Shown here one piece after another: positions 14,301-26,088 of a stretch of DNA of 64,000 bases. The notes beneath the pieces are model-generated. The model searched no databases, had not been told where the DNA came from, and saw nothing but the letters and a program-made list of their open reading frames with translations. The stretch is from contig NW_026860591.1 of NCBI RefSeq assembly GCF_026571515.1, forward strand, positions 1 to 64,000. The letters run 5' to 3'. Both the position numbers and the translations under genes were made by a program. The stretch is from Ruditapes philippinarum (Eukaryota). The first letter of the stretch is position 1, and each line of letters opens with the position of its first letter.

Positions 14301-14786
14301 TCTGCTATTATAATCGCCTACAATATATATCGAACCTTGCTGACTGAAGACGGAAATATCATTTTCTAAAAGTTCAAATAAATCAGTATTAAAAACATTA
14401 TATGCAGGTGAATCCTCACACCATATATATACACCGCAAATATATATATCATTATCAATGTGGAAAAAATTATGATCTAGCTTTAACCATATAATAGTAT
14501 CAAAATGATTTTTTACAATTTCAATGCCATCATTTAAACAGGTTCTATAGTATAAAACAATACCACCACTGTTACGTTTTGCACTACGGTGCCTAAATTT
14601 TCTATAAAAATTATGAGAAGTGTAACCATTAAGCAGAACATTACTAGAAGAACATGTCCAGGATTTATATAAAAAACATATATCATTATTCGAGAGAATA
14701 TTTAAAAAGTTAAAACTGTCTATTTTGTCACTTGTTAGGCCATTAACATTCCATGACAGAATTTTCAGTCCATCCTCTGCGTAATC
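11355..14786 (-). pseudogene. LINE ORF2 (APE endonuclease plus reverse transcriptase) with three frameshifts
   Basis: SWNVNG, GDYNSR, VIDY, SDH, NYRGITL, QFGFR, GLRQG, LLFADD, C-terminal CxxC..EDEYH..CP. Frameshifts near 13975, 12855 and 12490. Confidence 0.92.
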
Positions 14787-15758
14787 CTATCCTTTAACTG
14801 GCTTCCCGTTCACGTAAAGAGTGTCATATGCTATCCAGGCTGTATCCCCTTTTTGTCGGTGTTCTTTCAATTTTGGAACAAGTTGTCTGCGTTTTTCTAT
14901 GATTTCTTTCGGAAATTGTTCAAACATACGAAATTTGCTTCCCTCTAACTGTTTCCATTGTTTACGTACAAATTCTCTGTCTTTAAATAATACAAACTTT
15001 GCTACAATGTTCCTCGGATGATCACGTCTTCTCTCCCCAATCCTATGCACACGTTCGAACCTCATATTTAATACAATATCACTGGCAATTTTAAGTTTGT
15101 TCTCCAGGTGACTTCTCAATATATCTTCAGTGCTCTTGGAATCTTCCTGTGAAATTTCATCGACATTTGTAAAAATGAGATTATTCCTCATAGATTGTGA
15201 AGTGAGGTAAACGACGTCATCTTTCAAAGAATCTCTCTCCTTTTCATACTGTATAACTTTACTAGAAAGCTCCGCTACATTAAAGTCAACACATTCAATT
15301 TTCTCTTCAACACCCGTAACTCTAATATCTAATGATTTATTTCTCTCCTCCATCGCTACCCATATTTTCTTCAACTCCATATCGAACCTATCGACTTTCT
15401 TCTCCAACCCGTCTACTTTCTTTTCAAGTACAGTTAAAGAATCCAGACGTTTTTCAACATTGCCTATTCTTCCATTGATCTTTTCTAAATAAGCCAATAT
15501 GTCGGCGTTAGTCGGGTCTCTCTTTTCTCTACCCTCAGACATATTGTTATTTTCTTCGTTACCAGATTTATAAAAAACAATATCTATGTCAGATTGATCA
15601 CCTTTTCCGTATAATACATTGTTAGTTTCGTTTAAAATGTCACTTACTACTAATGATTCTGACTCCTCTGACGGGCCTCTTGGCTTAAATAGTTTATTTC
15701 CATTATCTTGATCACCACTTTTATCACTACTTTGCCTACTTTTCCGTTTATTTCCCAT
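14787..15758 (-). CDS. LINE ORF1 (coiled coil plus L1-ORF1/RRM-like domain), 323 aa, intact
   Basis: Heptad coiled coil followed by SMRNNLIF..FERVHRIG..PRNIVAKF..EQFPKEI..RR.L..AYDTLYVNG. Confidence 0.92.
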   Translation of the reverse strand: MGNKRKSRQSSDKSGDQDNGNKLFKPRGPSEESESLVVSDILNETNNVLYGKGDQSDIDIVFYKSGNEENNNMSEGREKRDPTNADILAYLEKINGRIGNVEKRLDSLTVLEKKVDGLEKKVDRFDMELKKIWVAMEERNKSLDIRVTGVEEKIECVDFNVAELSSKVIQYEKERDSLKDDVVYLTSQSMRNNLIFTNVDEISQEDSKSTEDILRSHLENKLKIASDIVLNMRFERVHRIGERRRDHPRNIVAKFVLFKDREFVRKQWKQLEGSKFRMFEQFPKEIIEKRRQLVPKLKEHRQKGDTAWIAYDTLYVNGKPVKG

Positions 15759-15879
15759 AAGTTATATATAAAAAACACTATATTCCATCATTTAATTCCA
15801 AAGTACTAATTTTATATTCACAAATAAATGTGTAATCCTTGTTTTTCTATAATTTTAAAGACCGCTCAAAAAAACACAA

Positions 15880-15900
15880 CCGCCATTATACCACGTGACT
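15880..15900 (-). promoter_or_regulatory. Putative internal LINE promoter (E-box CACGTG plus YY1-like ATGGCG)
   Basis: AGTCACGTGGTATAATGGCGG lies 8-28 nt inside the 5' end defined by the TSD. Confidence 0.4.
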
Positions 15901-17777
15901 ATAACATTCAAATAGTACACCTGGAACTGCCTTTCTTCTATCTAAAGACTTAGCAAATTGTTATCTTTAGCCCTCAATAGCGGCATTTAGCGGTTACTTG
16001 GACTTCTGAATAATAATAAACCATTGATAACAGTCACACCTTGAAAGAGTCAGTTGGTAGAATCGCTGCACCTCGAGATAGACATAGCTACCGCTATTAT
16101 TTTTGAAGATATAACAAAATGTCCATAGTGACCGAGAGAATAATGAGAGACAGACGGTTAATGACTCAGTTATTGTCTCGTCATCTCAGTTGTGTATTAT
16201 GATAATCGACCCATTTCAATATGCTATGTTTAGAATTATAAATATGTATTTATGTAATATTTTTTATTTATTTATCGCGTTTGGTCTAATACATTTTTCC
16301 TCTCGTGAAATTACAAACTACTGCTGCCAGATATAAGGTTATTAACGTTTTGTCATGCATATAACCAAAACGAATAAAAAATTATTTCTAATAGGTGTCT
16401 GCACATTGCAGCAAACTTTATAGAGTTATTATTTATTTGTAAAATAAAGAAAACAAATGAGCTAAAGATGAATTCAGCACTTGAATTTTGTCTGATACCG
16501 TATAAGCAAAATTTAAAGTATTTATTGAATTAATATTTTTATATAATACAACTCTCTTAGTTTGAATGTACATATAGTATATTTATTATGTTTAATCATT
16601 CAGTCTGTTGAATGTATTCAATACTTTTAGTTTTAAAATTTTATTGATTAATCTCCATAATGTAATTTTGAAACAAATGCTTGGTATGCGGGAATTCATA
16701 ATTTTTTTCATATAATTATTTACCTTTGTTGTAAATTTGTCAAATATTCATGTACATTTTTGTATCTGTCAAATAGCCCGATGTTCAAAATTTTGAAAGG
16801 GCATTTCGCGCATTTGTTTCAACATATTACACATTATATTATTATGGTTGAAAGTAGCGGTCTTAAGACGACAACAGCAGAACCGTTCGATCAAGAGGCA
16901 TACGTTTCTGTCTTTAATATTACCAATAATAGTATGTGTTTCTTTTTTATAATGTACTGATTCAATCACGCACTACTTAGTCCGAAAGTGGCGAAACGAA
17001 TAGAAATGTATCTGTACAGTATTTCTATGTGGCAGTGACTGTTCACTTTAAAAGGCAAAAACACTACAAAACAGTCGCATGCACTACAACCGAGCACTAT
17101 ATAGTATGTTAGATTAAAAATATAGTATGCTAGATAAAAACGATTTTACAACATTTATTTCCCTTCTTTTTGCTTATGATAAAATTCACCTAAATGGTAC
17201 TGTACCTTTAGTAGTTAACTGGGTCGACAATCGCATTACCTTTGTCCTTTAACATTGTAGTATAATTGACTTCATGCGCTTTTAGAAAGGTTATTCAAGA
17301 CTGGTCTTTGAATAAAAAAAATCTCGCGTCACAGGTTTTATATAGCCTTGGACCGTGACGCATTGGATATTTTTTTTATTAAAGTCAAACCGGATAACGA
17401 ATGACGTCAAACTCCCATTTTGAATTTGAAAGTTAAGCACTAAAATTGAACCTGTTTGCATTTCTTATTGAACGACACCATTTGATTTTGGATAAGCGTC
17501 GCACGCAAATTAAGGCCTTTATTTGATATTTTGCATTTGGTATGGAACATGAACATAGAATGCCTTTAATGATGACCCAGTGAACTTTGTTAAGATAAAG
17601 TTAATGGGACTGGGTGGAGAGCTTTGCACTTTTAAGTTGTGTCATAATTCCAGAATGTGCATATAATGTGAAAGAAACAAATGAATAAAGAACCTTATAA
17701 CTGCTTTACCAATGTAGCGGGTAAAGATGCACATACAAGTTTAAGGGATAGGATATCAAGTCAGAAATCATATTTAC

Positions 17778-17961
17778 CGTCAACGCCCTTTGTGTTTTTG
17801 CACGTGTCATTGTTGTCCCCAGAACAGCAACTATATAGCAGACCTATGCTTCTGCAGTCTGAGGTTAAGATCCAGTATGGTGAGAACAGACCAATAGTCT
17901 GCAAGATAAATGGCGGGAAAAGGAAACACACCAAGAAGATCATTTCGCCGGTGGAACTCAT
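17778..17961 (-). CDS. Claudin/PMP22-like gene, coding exon 1 (TM1 plus Cys-containing ECL1)
   Basis: MSSTGEMIFLVCFLFPPFILQTIGLFSPYW..C..IGLLYSCC..TC..VD|G; GTAAAT donor, phase 1, joins exon 2 in frame. Confidence 0.8.
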
Positions 17962-18224
17962 TTCTTGTCACCAAGGCAGCAAGTCTAAAGAGCATAATAT
18001 ACCATAAAAGGAATTCAAAATTTAGACTATAAAATGCTTGCAATACTTAATGTGTCAAACCCTAACTTAGATAGATGTCAAGTTTTAATCATTTCCTAGA
18101 AATAATATATCATTAGAAAACTTTTCAGTATGATTTCCTCTGTGAAAAAAGGCGTAATATGTAATTTTATGTTGTATATATTAGTGTCAACGTATAAAAT
18201 TCACTAAATTATATCAAGCCAATT

Positions 18225-18485
18225 TGTTTTTATATACAGCTACTGTGTCTAAATAAAGACTCAACGTGTTTTAATATAGATACAATTTGTCTTTATATAC
18301 GGCAAATATGTCTTAATATAGAGAGAATGTGTCTTTATATAGGGCAAATATATCTTGATATAGAGCTATATTTCTTTTTATAGGGCAAATATCTCTGTTG
18401 TCCTCATATTGAGTGAACGTGTTTTTATATAGTCAGACTATATTTGCATAGTTGTCTTGTGTTTTTCTAAAGAGTCAATGTGTCA
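18225..18485. repeat. Degenerate short tandem repeat (TGTCTTTATATAGGGCAAATA-like)
   Basis: Recurrent ~16/32-bp motif, diverged. Confidence 0.55.
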
Positions 18486-18489
18486 ATAT

Positions 18490-18897
18490 TCTTTATTCTA
18501 ACACGACCCACACTTTTTCCTATTGAACATAGAAGAACCGAACCTGTGTGTTATTATGCATCAAAGTCACTGTTGACGTTCTACATTTAGACATATGACG
18601 TAATCAATATAAATGTGACTTAACCACAAAAAAAATGCGACGCGCTGAAATTAAGTACGGTAACAAATCAGGAACAATTTAGCATAATATCAGTTACGGC
18701 AGCATTTATTTGTTGATGTCGTGTTAGAATCGAATAATGTATTCAAATCTGTGATTTTATCGCTTGATAACATCACTGATTGTCGTCCGGTGCGCATCAT
18801 TATATCACTCGGGCTACGCCCTCGTGATATAACTCCTCGCATCCAAATTCCAAACAGTGATGTTATTGAGCATGTTTAGGATATATTATTTCTTAAA
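18490..18897. mobile_element. Hairpin-bearing non-autonomous element (Crypton-like by inference)
   Basis: Inverted repeat around ATATCACTCGGGCTACGCCCTCGTGATAT; same centre motif as at ~55075. Confidence 0.5.
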
Positions 18898-19155
18898 TAT
18901 AGTGTTAACTTATCTTAATATAGAGGCAACGTTTTCGTTTCTCAAACGTGCTGACACGACTTAATCTTTATACATATTGAAAATATTGTTCATGAGCATT
19001 TTGCGATATACAAAGAGTACATTTTACACAGCAGTAATTTTTTTATAATTTATAAAGTCCAGCAAAAATGTATACCCTTATTTAAGATACTAGGAATCAA
19101 TATAATTCGATACACACTGCTTTAAATATAGATACAAATATATAGGAGTGACAAA

Positions 19156-19225
19156 AATGAATGAATGAATGAATAAATGAATGAATGAATGAATGAATGA
19201 ATGAATGAATGAATGAATAAATAAA
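19156..19225. repeat. (GAAT)n microsatellite
   Basis: Directly visible. Confidence 0.95.
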
Positions 19226-20419
19226 TTGAATTGGTTCAGTAAATAATTCATTCATTCATTATTCGTTAATTAAATTAAAAAAATGAAAGAATAGTAGATT
19301 AATGAAAAGTAAATATAAATTGAAATAAAATAATGCATTTAATGTTTTTAAGACATACCTATTCGGAATCCAAAAATTGTAACGCTATATTTTACATTGA
19401 GTAAAAGAAAAAGTTATTCAAAGTCTTTGATCCTCGAAGTAATCTGATCTATTTCATTCAATCAATATTAAAGCAGAGATATGTATTATATTTCTATAAC
19501 CTTTATTTCCTTACAATGAAATTTGCTGACGATATATTTTACTTGATACAGTTTGCTCCACCTACTATCGCTACCACTGTTTGGTATTTTGACATGACAG
19601 GACAGTTAAGTAAAGGAATAGTGGTGTTGGACATTACTGAAATCAATGAAAAAGAGGTTATTACGTTCAGATAAACCCGCTACCGCTTGCTGTGCCTCAA
19701 ATTAATTAAGCTTTTACTTAATATGTTATGTTGAAAAAATCATAAATTTGCTTATCTGAAGGATATTGAAATCCAATTTGTGGAGTACTTCAAAGAAACG
19801 GTAGGAGAGATGCGTAGATGCGTGATACACTTTCGTTATTGTTAAAAGATAGTTAAATGATAGTTAGTCTATTCCTTAGCAAAAATATTATATGATATGA
19901 CGGCTACTAAATTACTTCCAATATAATGTAGTACTTAATAAATTATGTCAATGAATGAGTAGTATTCATCGAAACTACAATAAAGAGGATTTCAAGTTTT
20001 TTTATAGATACTGAATTTATTTTCATCGAGTGGTATGTAAATAAATATTTCATAAGTTGCGGTGACAACAGGTGAAATATGATAATTTTCATTCCACATT
20101 TATTCCACAAAAAGAAAATAATTAAAAAACTTACTTTTTCTGTTTATGTTATGCTTTTCATTATTTTACCTTACAATTTGAAATACTTCCCCTTGGATTT
20201 TGTGTATTTATTGGAAAGTACGGAAAATTTCACAGCAGTAACAAATAAATTATTACTGTGAAAATAAAGAAAAAATGCAAATACGTATTTTATTTCATTA
20301 AAATTTCTCAACATTTAAACTAAAAGTACAAATATTAAATAAACAGTGTGATTCTTTATCTCACTATTGCTGATTAAAACATAAATTTGAAATTACAGAT
20401 AAATTACGAAAGACCAGTG

Positions 20420-20755
20420 GGGACATTTCAACTCCATGGATTTCTGAATTAACTATTTTATGTTCCTGAATTCACGTTTTCAACATACGGAATTAACGAA
20501 TTTACATTTTCAACTTCATGAATTTCAACTTAAGTTTATGATTTCACAATTTCGACTTCATAAATTAAACGTTGCGAATTCAAGTTTTGAACTTCACGAT
20601 TTGATCTTTAATAATTTTAAACGATTTGATTGCTTATAATTACTCTTTCAACTTCTTGATTCAATGTGAATTTTTGAAGTTGAAATCGTTGAAATCGTGA
20701 ATTATGAAGTTGTAATTTTAAGTTCATCATGTTTGAATCGTGAATTTATGATATT
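20420..20755. repeat. Short-period TTCAACTTCA.GAATT repeats in both orientations (MITE-like interior)
   Basis: Direct copies 20425-20660 and inverted GAAGTTGAAA copies 20675-20745. Confidence 0.5.
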
Positions 20756-21659
20756 TATCGTACGCTATCCGGTCGTTTACCTTAAGAATATCGAACGGGT
20801 CAAGGAAGAAGTAGAAAACTGATGTCAAAGGTTTTCGCACCAGGTGACCGGGCGAGTACCCTACGGGTCTCATCTGAATACCTGCTGGACCACAGAGGGT
20901 GAATAACCACCCCATTCTTCCTTGACATGATTGAAAAGTTTCTCTCCGATCTCAAATTATCAATGGTATTCCAATGATCCCTCTATCCCGAACGACCCGC
21001 ACTTGTAAAGTGACGTATGCTTAAGGGTGTTGTTGCTAGCAAAGCCAAACGCCGTTCAAGCCGTTGTTTTCTTTCGTAAGACAAGCTCACGTACCCCAGT
21101 ACCGTTTTCGTCGTGTCTGGCTACTTTGTAGGACCACTCACCTCAGATTCAGTAAAGTCATCGGCGGCCGGTCCACAGGACTATGTATGTTCAAGGTAAC
21201 AAAAATGTCGATCATTTTGAAGTAAGATCTTTAGAGTTGAATATGTTTTGTCCTTAGCGTGAGTCCATGAGAATTCAGGATTGAAAATAAAACCCATATA
21301 CTTGTTAAAAGATGTTATATGTAAGATTTTGCCTCGAAAGTATCATTCCTCATAATTCATAATAAGTTTATGTCATACACTAGTTTATTGTAATAATCAT
21401 AGTATCCAATAGAAGGAATGCTATTACATATCATATTATTAAATGGATTGTTTCCAAAAAGTAGTGGCATCGAGGTTGTTAACTAAGTTATATCTACTTT
21501 TACGTTGATATTCGAATCTCTTTTTATCATAGCATATTTAAAATTTATAACAACTAATTTTATATAATCTTAAATCATTTTGCGTATTTGTGTTACGAAA
21601 ATGACGAAACAATTGATACTATTGTTTATCCAATTTATCCATCATCCAACCATGGAGGT

Positions 21660-22160
21660 TAATTAGAACTGAATTTGAACTTCATTCTCATACATTCGCC
21701 AGTTTCATAATCAATCTGAGTCAATAATGTATGTACTTATCAGTAGCCTCATTTAGCATTTGTGTTACAATACTAATTTCCCTTGTAAAGGTTGGTAAAT
21801 TATTCGCTAAAACTTCATTGTCAGAAGTAATTTTCCAGCGAAAGGCTATCGTATTTGCACATGTGTTTGTTTGATACTTAAAAGGTGTTCTTATCCTAAA
21901 ATCTAATTCACAGCATAAAAGAAAATGATTTGAAGCCTTTAAAATAATTAGCATACTGAAAAACATTTTTGAAGCAAATATGTCATCTACAACACTACAA
22001 CATTCCCCCTTTTTATCACCATGGCACCTGCCATTAAATAACTGAACATCAAATATGCTACAAAATTAACACATTCTTTATCAAAATACTATCTTCATTT
22101 GACATGGAATTTCAAAATTACTTTCTACATAATCAATATAACCAAAAATATCGTAAGCGA
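21660..22160 (-). mobile_element. Decayed LINE fragment, same family as ~648-1210
   Basis: Colinear similarity, e.g. TTAGAACT.AATTTGAA.TTCATTCTCATAC and CATGGCACCTGCCATT. Confidence 0.75.
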
Positions 22161-22437
22161 GGTTTTTTAGCACGCGTAAAATGGCTGCGAACATTTCATT
22201 TCTTCGCACTAGCAGTATTCGTTTTATACTTTGACATGACGGGTACGATTTAGTCAATGTCGTATTGTACCAGGAATCTGACACCGTGGATCTTATGTAT
22301 AAATAGACAGAGCTGACACGCTGGTAATGGTTTATCCTAATGCCATGGATATTGATTAATTTTATCTCAATTAAACGATAATAAGCTTTGATAAGCAAAT
22401 GACCAACAATAAAAAATCAAACAGGAGTATAAACATA

Positions 22438-23721
22438 CGAGGGTGCATCAATATATTCGTAAACTAATTCAATAGCGGGGAAATGATTTAATTCAGATAC
22501 CTAAAATGATTACTCTTCAAAGTAACGTCCCATGCACGATTTGCACTTGTCCCATCTCTCGACCCATGACTGGAACACGTGCTGTAGCCCGTCACGTGAC
22601 ATCTCTCACAGCTTTCTGTCCACGGCACGCCACAGTCCCTCCTTTGACTCAAATTTCGTACCACAAAGACTGTTTGGAAGTTGGAAACAGCCATAAGTCA
22701 TGAATTGCTAGGTCCGGGCTGTAGGTTAGGTGCAGTAACAGTTCGACGTCGAATTTTTCTAGTGCATCCATGACAACGTGGCTTGAATGGCTCGGCGCGG
22801 TGGCGTGATGAAATATGATTCCGGACCTAAGTAGATGTTGGCTCTGTCTCCTTATTTCCGCCATGCGTTCTGTTCTAAGTAATGTTGCATAACAGTTCCA
22901 AGTGACTGTCGTTTTCGGATGAACAAAGTGTTTTAGCATTACACCGTATGTATCACAGAATATAATGGCCATAACCTTCAGGCTGACTTGGATATTTTCG
23001 CTCTTGTAGGGGAAGGCGAGGAAGGATGCTTCCAGACATAATTCTGACGGTTGCTTTCCGGTTCCAAAAAGTGAATGCACGTTTCATAACAAGTTACCAC
23101 TCGCCTTCTTCACGATACCTCCTTTCGTATCGCTAACACATTTTCATCCTTGTCCCCATCTGCTCCGATGTAAACAAACGAGGCATCTATCTTGCTGAAA
23201 CGAGGCGCATTCCTAATTTATAAGTCATAATGTCTTGAGAGCTGTACCATATGAAATAGCTAACTTTTCTGCTACATGTTTCACACTTACTCGTCTAACT
23301 TGGAGTATGTACTCCTGAATGGCACTCACTGTTTCTTCAATTGCTACAGACACTGGTCTACCTGCACAAATGTCGTCTTCGGTTGCCTCTCTATCATCCT
23401 TAAACCGCTTCATTCACTTTGCACCTTTTGACAGAGCGGTATCTCCGTAACTTTTTTGCAAATCTTGACGAATATCGAAAAAAAGACGTTTCGAGTTTTG
23501 TGTGAAACTTTATAACGAGCTTGTAACGTATTTTCGAACGGACGCCCGTAACATGACGTCATTTACGGTTTATGACGTCATAAGTAATGACGTCAAAGCT
23601 GTGTACATAGTACGATTCAATATGAAATAATCTGTTTTCACAGCATTTCAAGTTTCATTTTAAACGGACCAGTAGTTTTGACGCTATTGAATTAGTTTAA
23701 GAATTTTTTGTTGCACCCTCG
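22438..23721 (-). mobile_element. Full-length (1284 bp) inactivated mariner transposon
   Basis: TA TSD; TIRs CGAGGGTGCA.CAA.A.ATTC..AAACTAATTCAATAGCG; transposase remnants EDD...GRP, IIFHHATAPSH, YSPDLA, WVERWDKC...GRYFE with stops and frameshifts. Confidence 0.93.
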
Positions 23722-23944
23722 TATCAAGACCAATAACAACTTCTAACAAAATCAAAGCACAGAAGGCGCTGAATTTGTTTGGGTCTCAGAATGTAAGAAA
23801 GGTACAGGTTGTGAGATTATATGTATAGTGCCACCAATGCTTTCCAGCGTTTTAACTGTAGTAAATTGGCTATAAGACTAATTGCAACACTGATATTCAA
23901 TCCAATGTTTATTTGACTTAAACAATTTGAAAAAAAAATGAGTT

Positions 23945-24014
23945 GCCTTTACTGGGATTTGAACTCCAGACCTCTCGCTTCCTAAGCGAGCGCGAAAACC
24001 CTTCAGCCACGGTG
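23945..24014 (-). pseudogene. tRNA-derived sequence (tRNA-Pro-like; SINE head or pseudo-tRNA)
   Basis: A box TGGCTGAAGGG, anticodon stem CTCGC-TTAGGAA-GCGAG, B box GAGTTCAAATCC; poor acceptor stem. Confidence 0.6.
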
Positions 24015-24414
24015 AATTTATATGTGAACGGCCTGAAGAAAACCATATTATTCTAAATTAGGGCTTGTAACGACTTTAACTGTTGTTTAACACAGATGTA
24101 AATAATCCTGGAGCTTACTATAAGCATGTATATTTATAAAGAATCAAAGGGCTGCAAGTTCTGTGGAATTTTCTGATCTTTGCAATCTAAATCGTACTGT
24201 ATATCTGTATGTATTTTCCTGTATAAGTTTATTTTTATGTATTATAATTCATTTTGCAAGGCACCAGAGTTTGATACATACGGAATTCTGCATAACTAGA
24301 GTTGCATCAAAAAATCATTTATGTTCATTTTTTACGACAGCCACACTTTATCCTTGCATATCATGGCTACTTCCTTAACAAAGACACTTAAAAAAGAATT
24401 AAAAAAAAAAAGTT

Positions 24415-24483
24415 TCCTCGATTGGGATTTGAACTCCAGACCTCTCACTCAATGAGCGAGCGCGTTACCCCTGTACCACGGAG
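24415..24483 (-). pseudogene. Second, diverged tRNA-derived copy
   Basis: Shares GAGAGGTCTGGAGTTCAAATCCCA and flanking sequence with the copy ~470 bp upstream. Confidence 0.6.
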
Positions 24484-26088
24484 AAGTTATACAAACACTG
24501 CCTGTATAACATCAAGTCATTCTAAATTTAGAACTTCCATTGCATTTCGGGTTTGTAATCCTTATTAATTTCGAGGTATTTTGTTCAGGATAAACCTGTT
24601 GTATAAAACTGAAGTAAATAATTTAGCGAAAATCTTTTCGCCCAAACAGTGCGACATGTAGAATCTATATATTCCACTACTCGGTTTGTGTAGTATTCGG
24701 TAAACGACATCGCTAAAAATAGTATTTTCATTGATAAAATCATATTCATCCGCGTAATTTGTAATTGTGCATTTATTGACAATTCTATAAGCCAACGCTA
24801 TTTTTAAACTTTGAATGCGTTGTAATTTGTTGGATACTTGTAACAAAATAAAAATATTTCTTTCCTTTAAATCGCTAGTTTTAAGCTGTTTTAAGAACTA
24901 CTTGTTGTTAGGTTTGTCGTAAACTTCTATGTCAGAGATTGAATGTCCGCTTTGTATTTACTTATTTTCGATCAGAAAATACAATAAAACAATATTAGAA
25001 ATCTTCGACCATTCGTGAATTATTTTGCTTGAAAATTAATGCGCCTGTCTTTGACCATCATTACACAGTGATCTCCCCTGAATTTTTCGGCGTTAGTGTA
25101 CATATAAAGGGAAGTAACCGCTTCAAAAAAGTGGACTACTTTCGGCATTTGCAATTAGCAGCATTAGACTCTGAAATTTCGCTACCATTATTTGTTTGGT
25201 CTGACGACCCAAACAAATAAAAATAACAAAAACAAAAACACATGTGACCTTGTTTTACTATATAAAAGGCGGCTATTAAAGTTTTTGAAGGAGCAAATTC
25301 CGTGTTACTCTGTCTCACATGGATTTTTTGTTGACTTTCTGGGAAGAAAACAAGAACAATTCCGTCTGGAATTTTAGTTCGTGCATAATTTAATGATTTT
25401 AAACATTTCACCTTGGATAGAATTTTCAACTTAGAAATTTTTTTGAGCGGAATGGCCTTAACTGTCAGCGGAATTCTGTACTTAACATTTTTTCGTGCAC
25501 AGAATTCCACATACAAGGCAGCACCCAAGGCATAATTTAATTCTTGATTTTATTTAAATATTTTATCTGTTTTTGAAATATTTAAGTTTTATATAAGCCT
25601 ACTTCTTACAGACCTAATTTTGCCGAAATATGATATTTGACCAAGAAATACAGATGATTTTAATTATTTACAAGATAGAAAATACTAATTGAGCAGATCT
25701 TTTTTTATTGAAAAAAAAGTCTAAGTTCAAAGCTAAAAGTGTAATAATTTAATGTGTAAAATATCAAAATATTCCGGTCTAAAACACGTTTTAGTTACAT
25801 GTATGTATCAATTTTCATATAGTTTGTATAAGCTATAATTCCAATATGATTTTAGGACATTATAATATTTCAAAGCAAAATTGAAATAAGAATGCTGTTT
25901 AAAATTTAATCAGAGATTTGATAAATCTCACCGTATTTCCCACTATCTACGCTTGTAACTATGCTGGAATAATTTACTCATTAATCAATTCTACAGATCA
26001 GACTGCTCCGTGTGATAGAGAGATGGAGAGAGATGCCATTATAAATATCAGTTGCGGAGTTTGTCTTTTTTTCAAACATATGTAATGA

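Larger units (their letters stand above)
11177..15907 (-). mobile_element. Full-length young LINE (CR1/L2-group RT, L1-ORF1-like ORF1) in intron 1 of the claudin-like gene
   Basis: 10-bp TSD TCAAATAGTA (11167-11176 and 15908-15917); 3' AATAAA plus (TTCTG)n tail; ORF1 and APE-RT ORF2. Confidence 0.95.

Noticed and set aside
16965-17000. Hammerhead ribozyme-like AGTCCGAAAGTGGCGAAAC
   Set aside because: The CTGANGA core is absent and I could not form stems I and III; at most a decayed remnant.
23945-24014. Functional tRNA-Pro gene
   Set aside because: Acceptor stem pairs poorly, and a diverged duplicate with shared flanks lies nearby.
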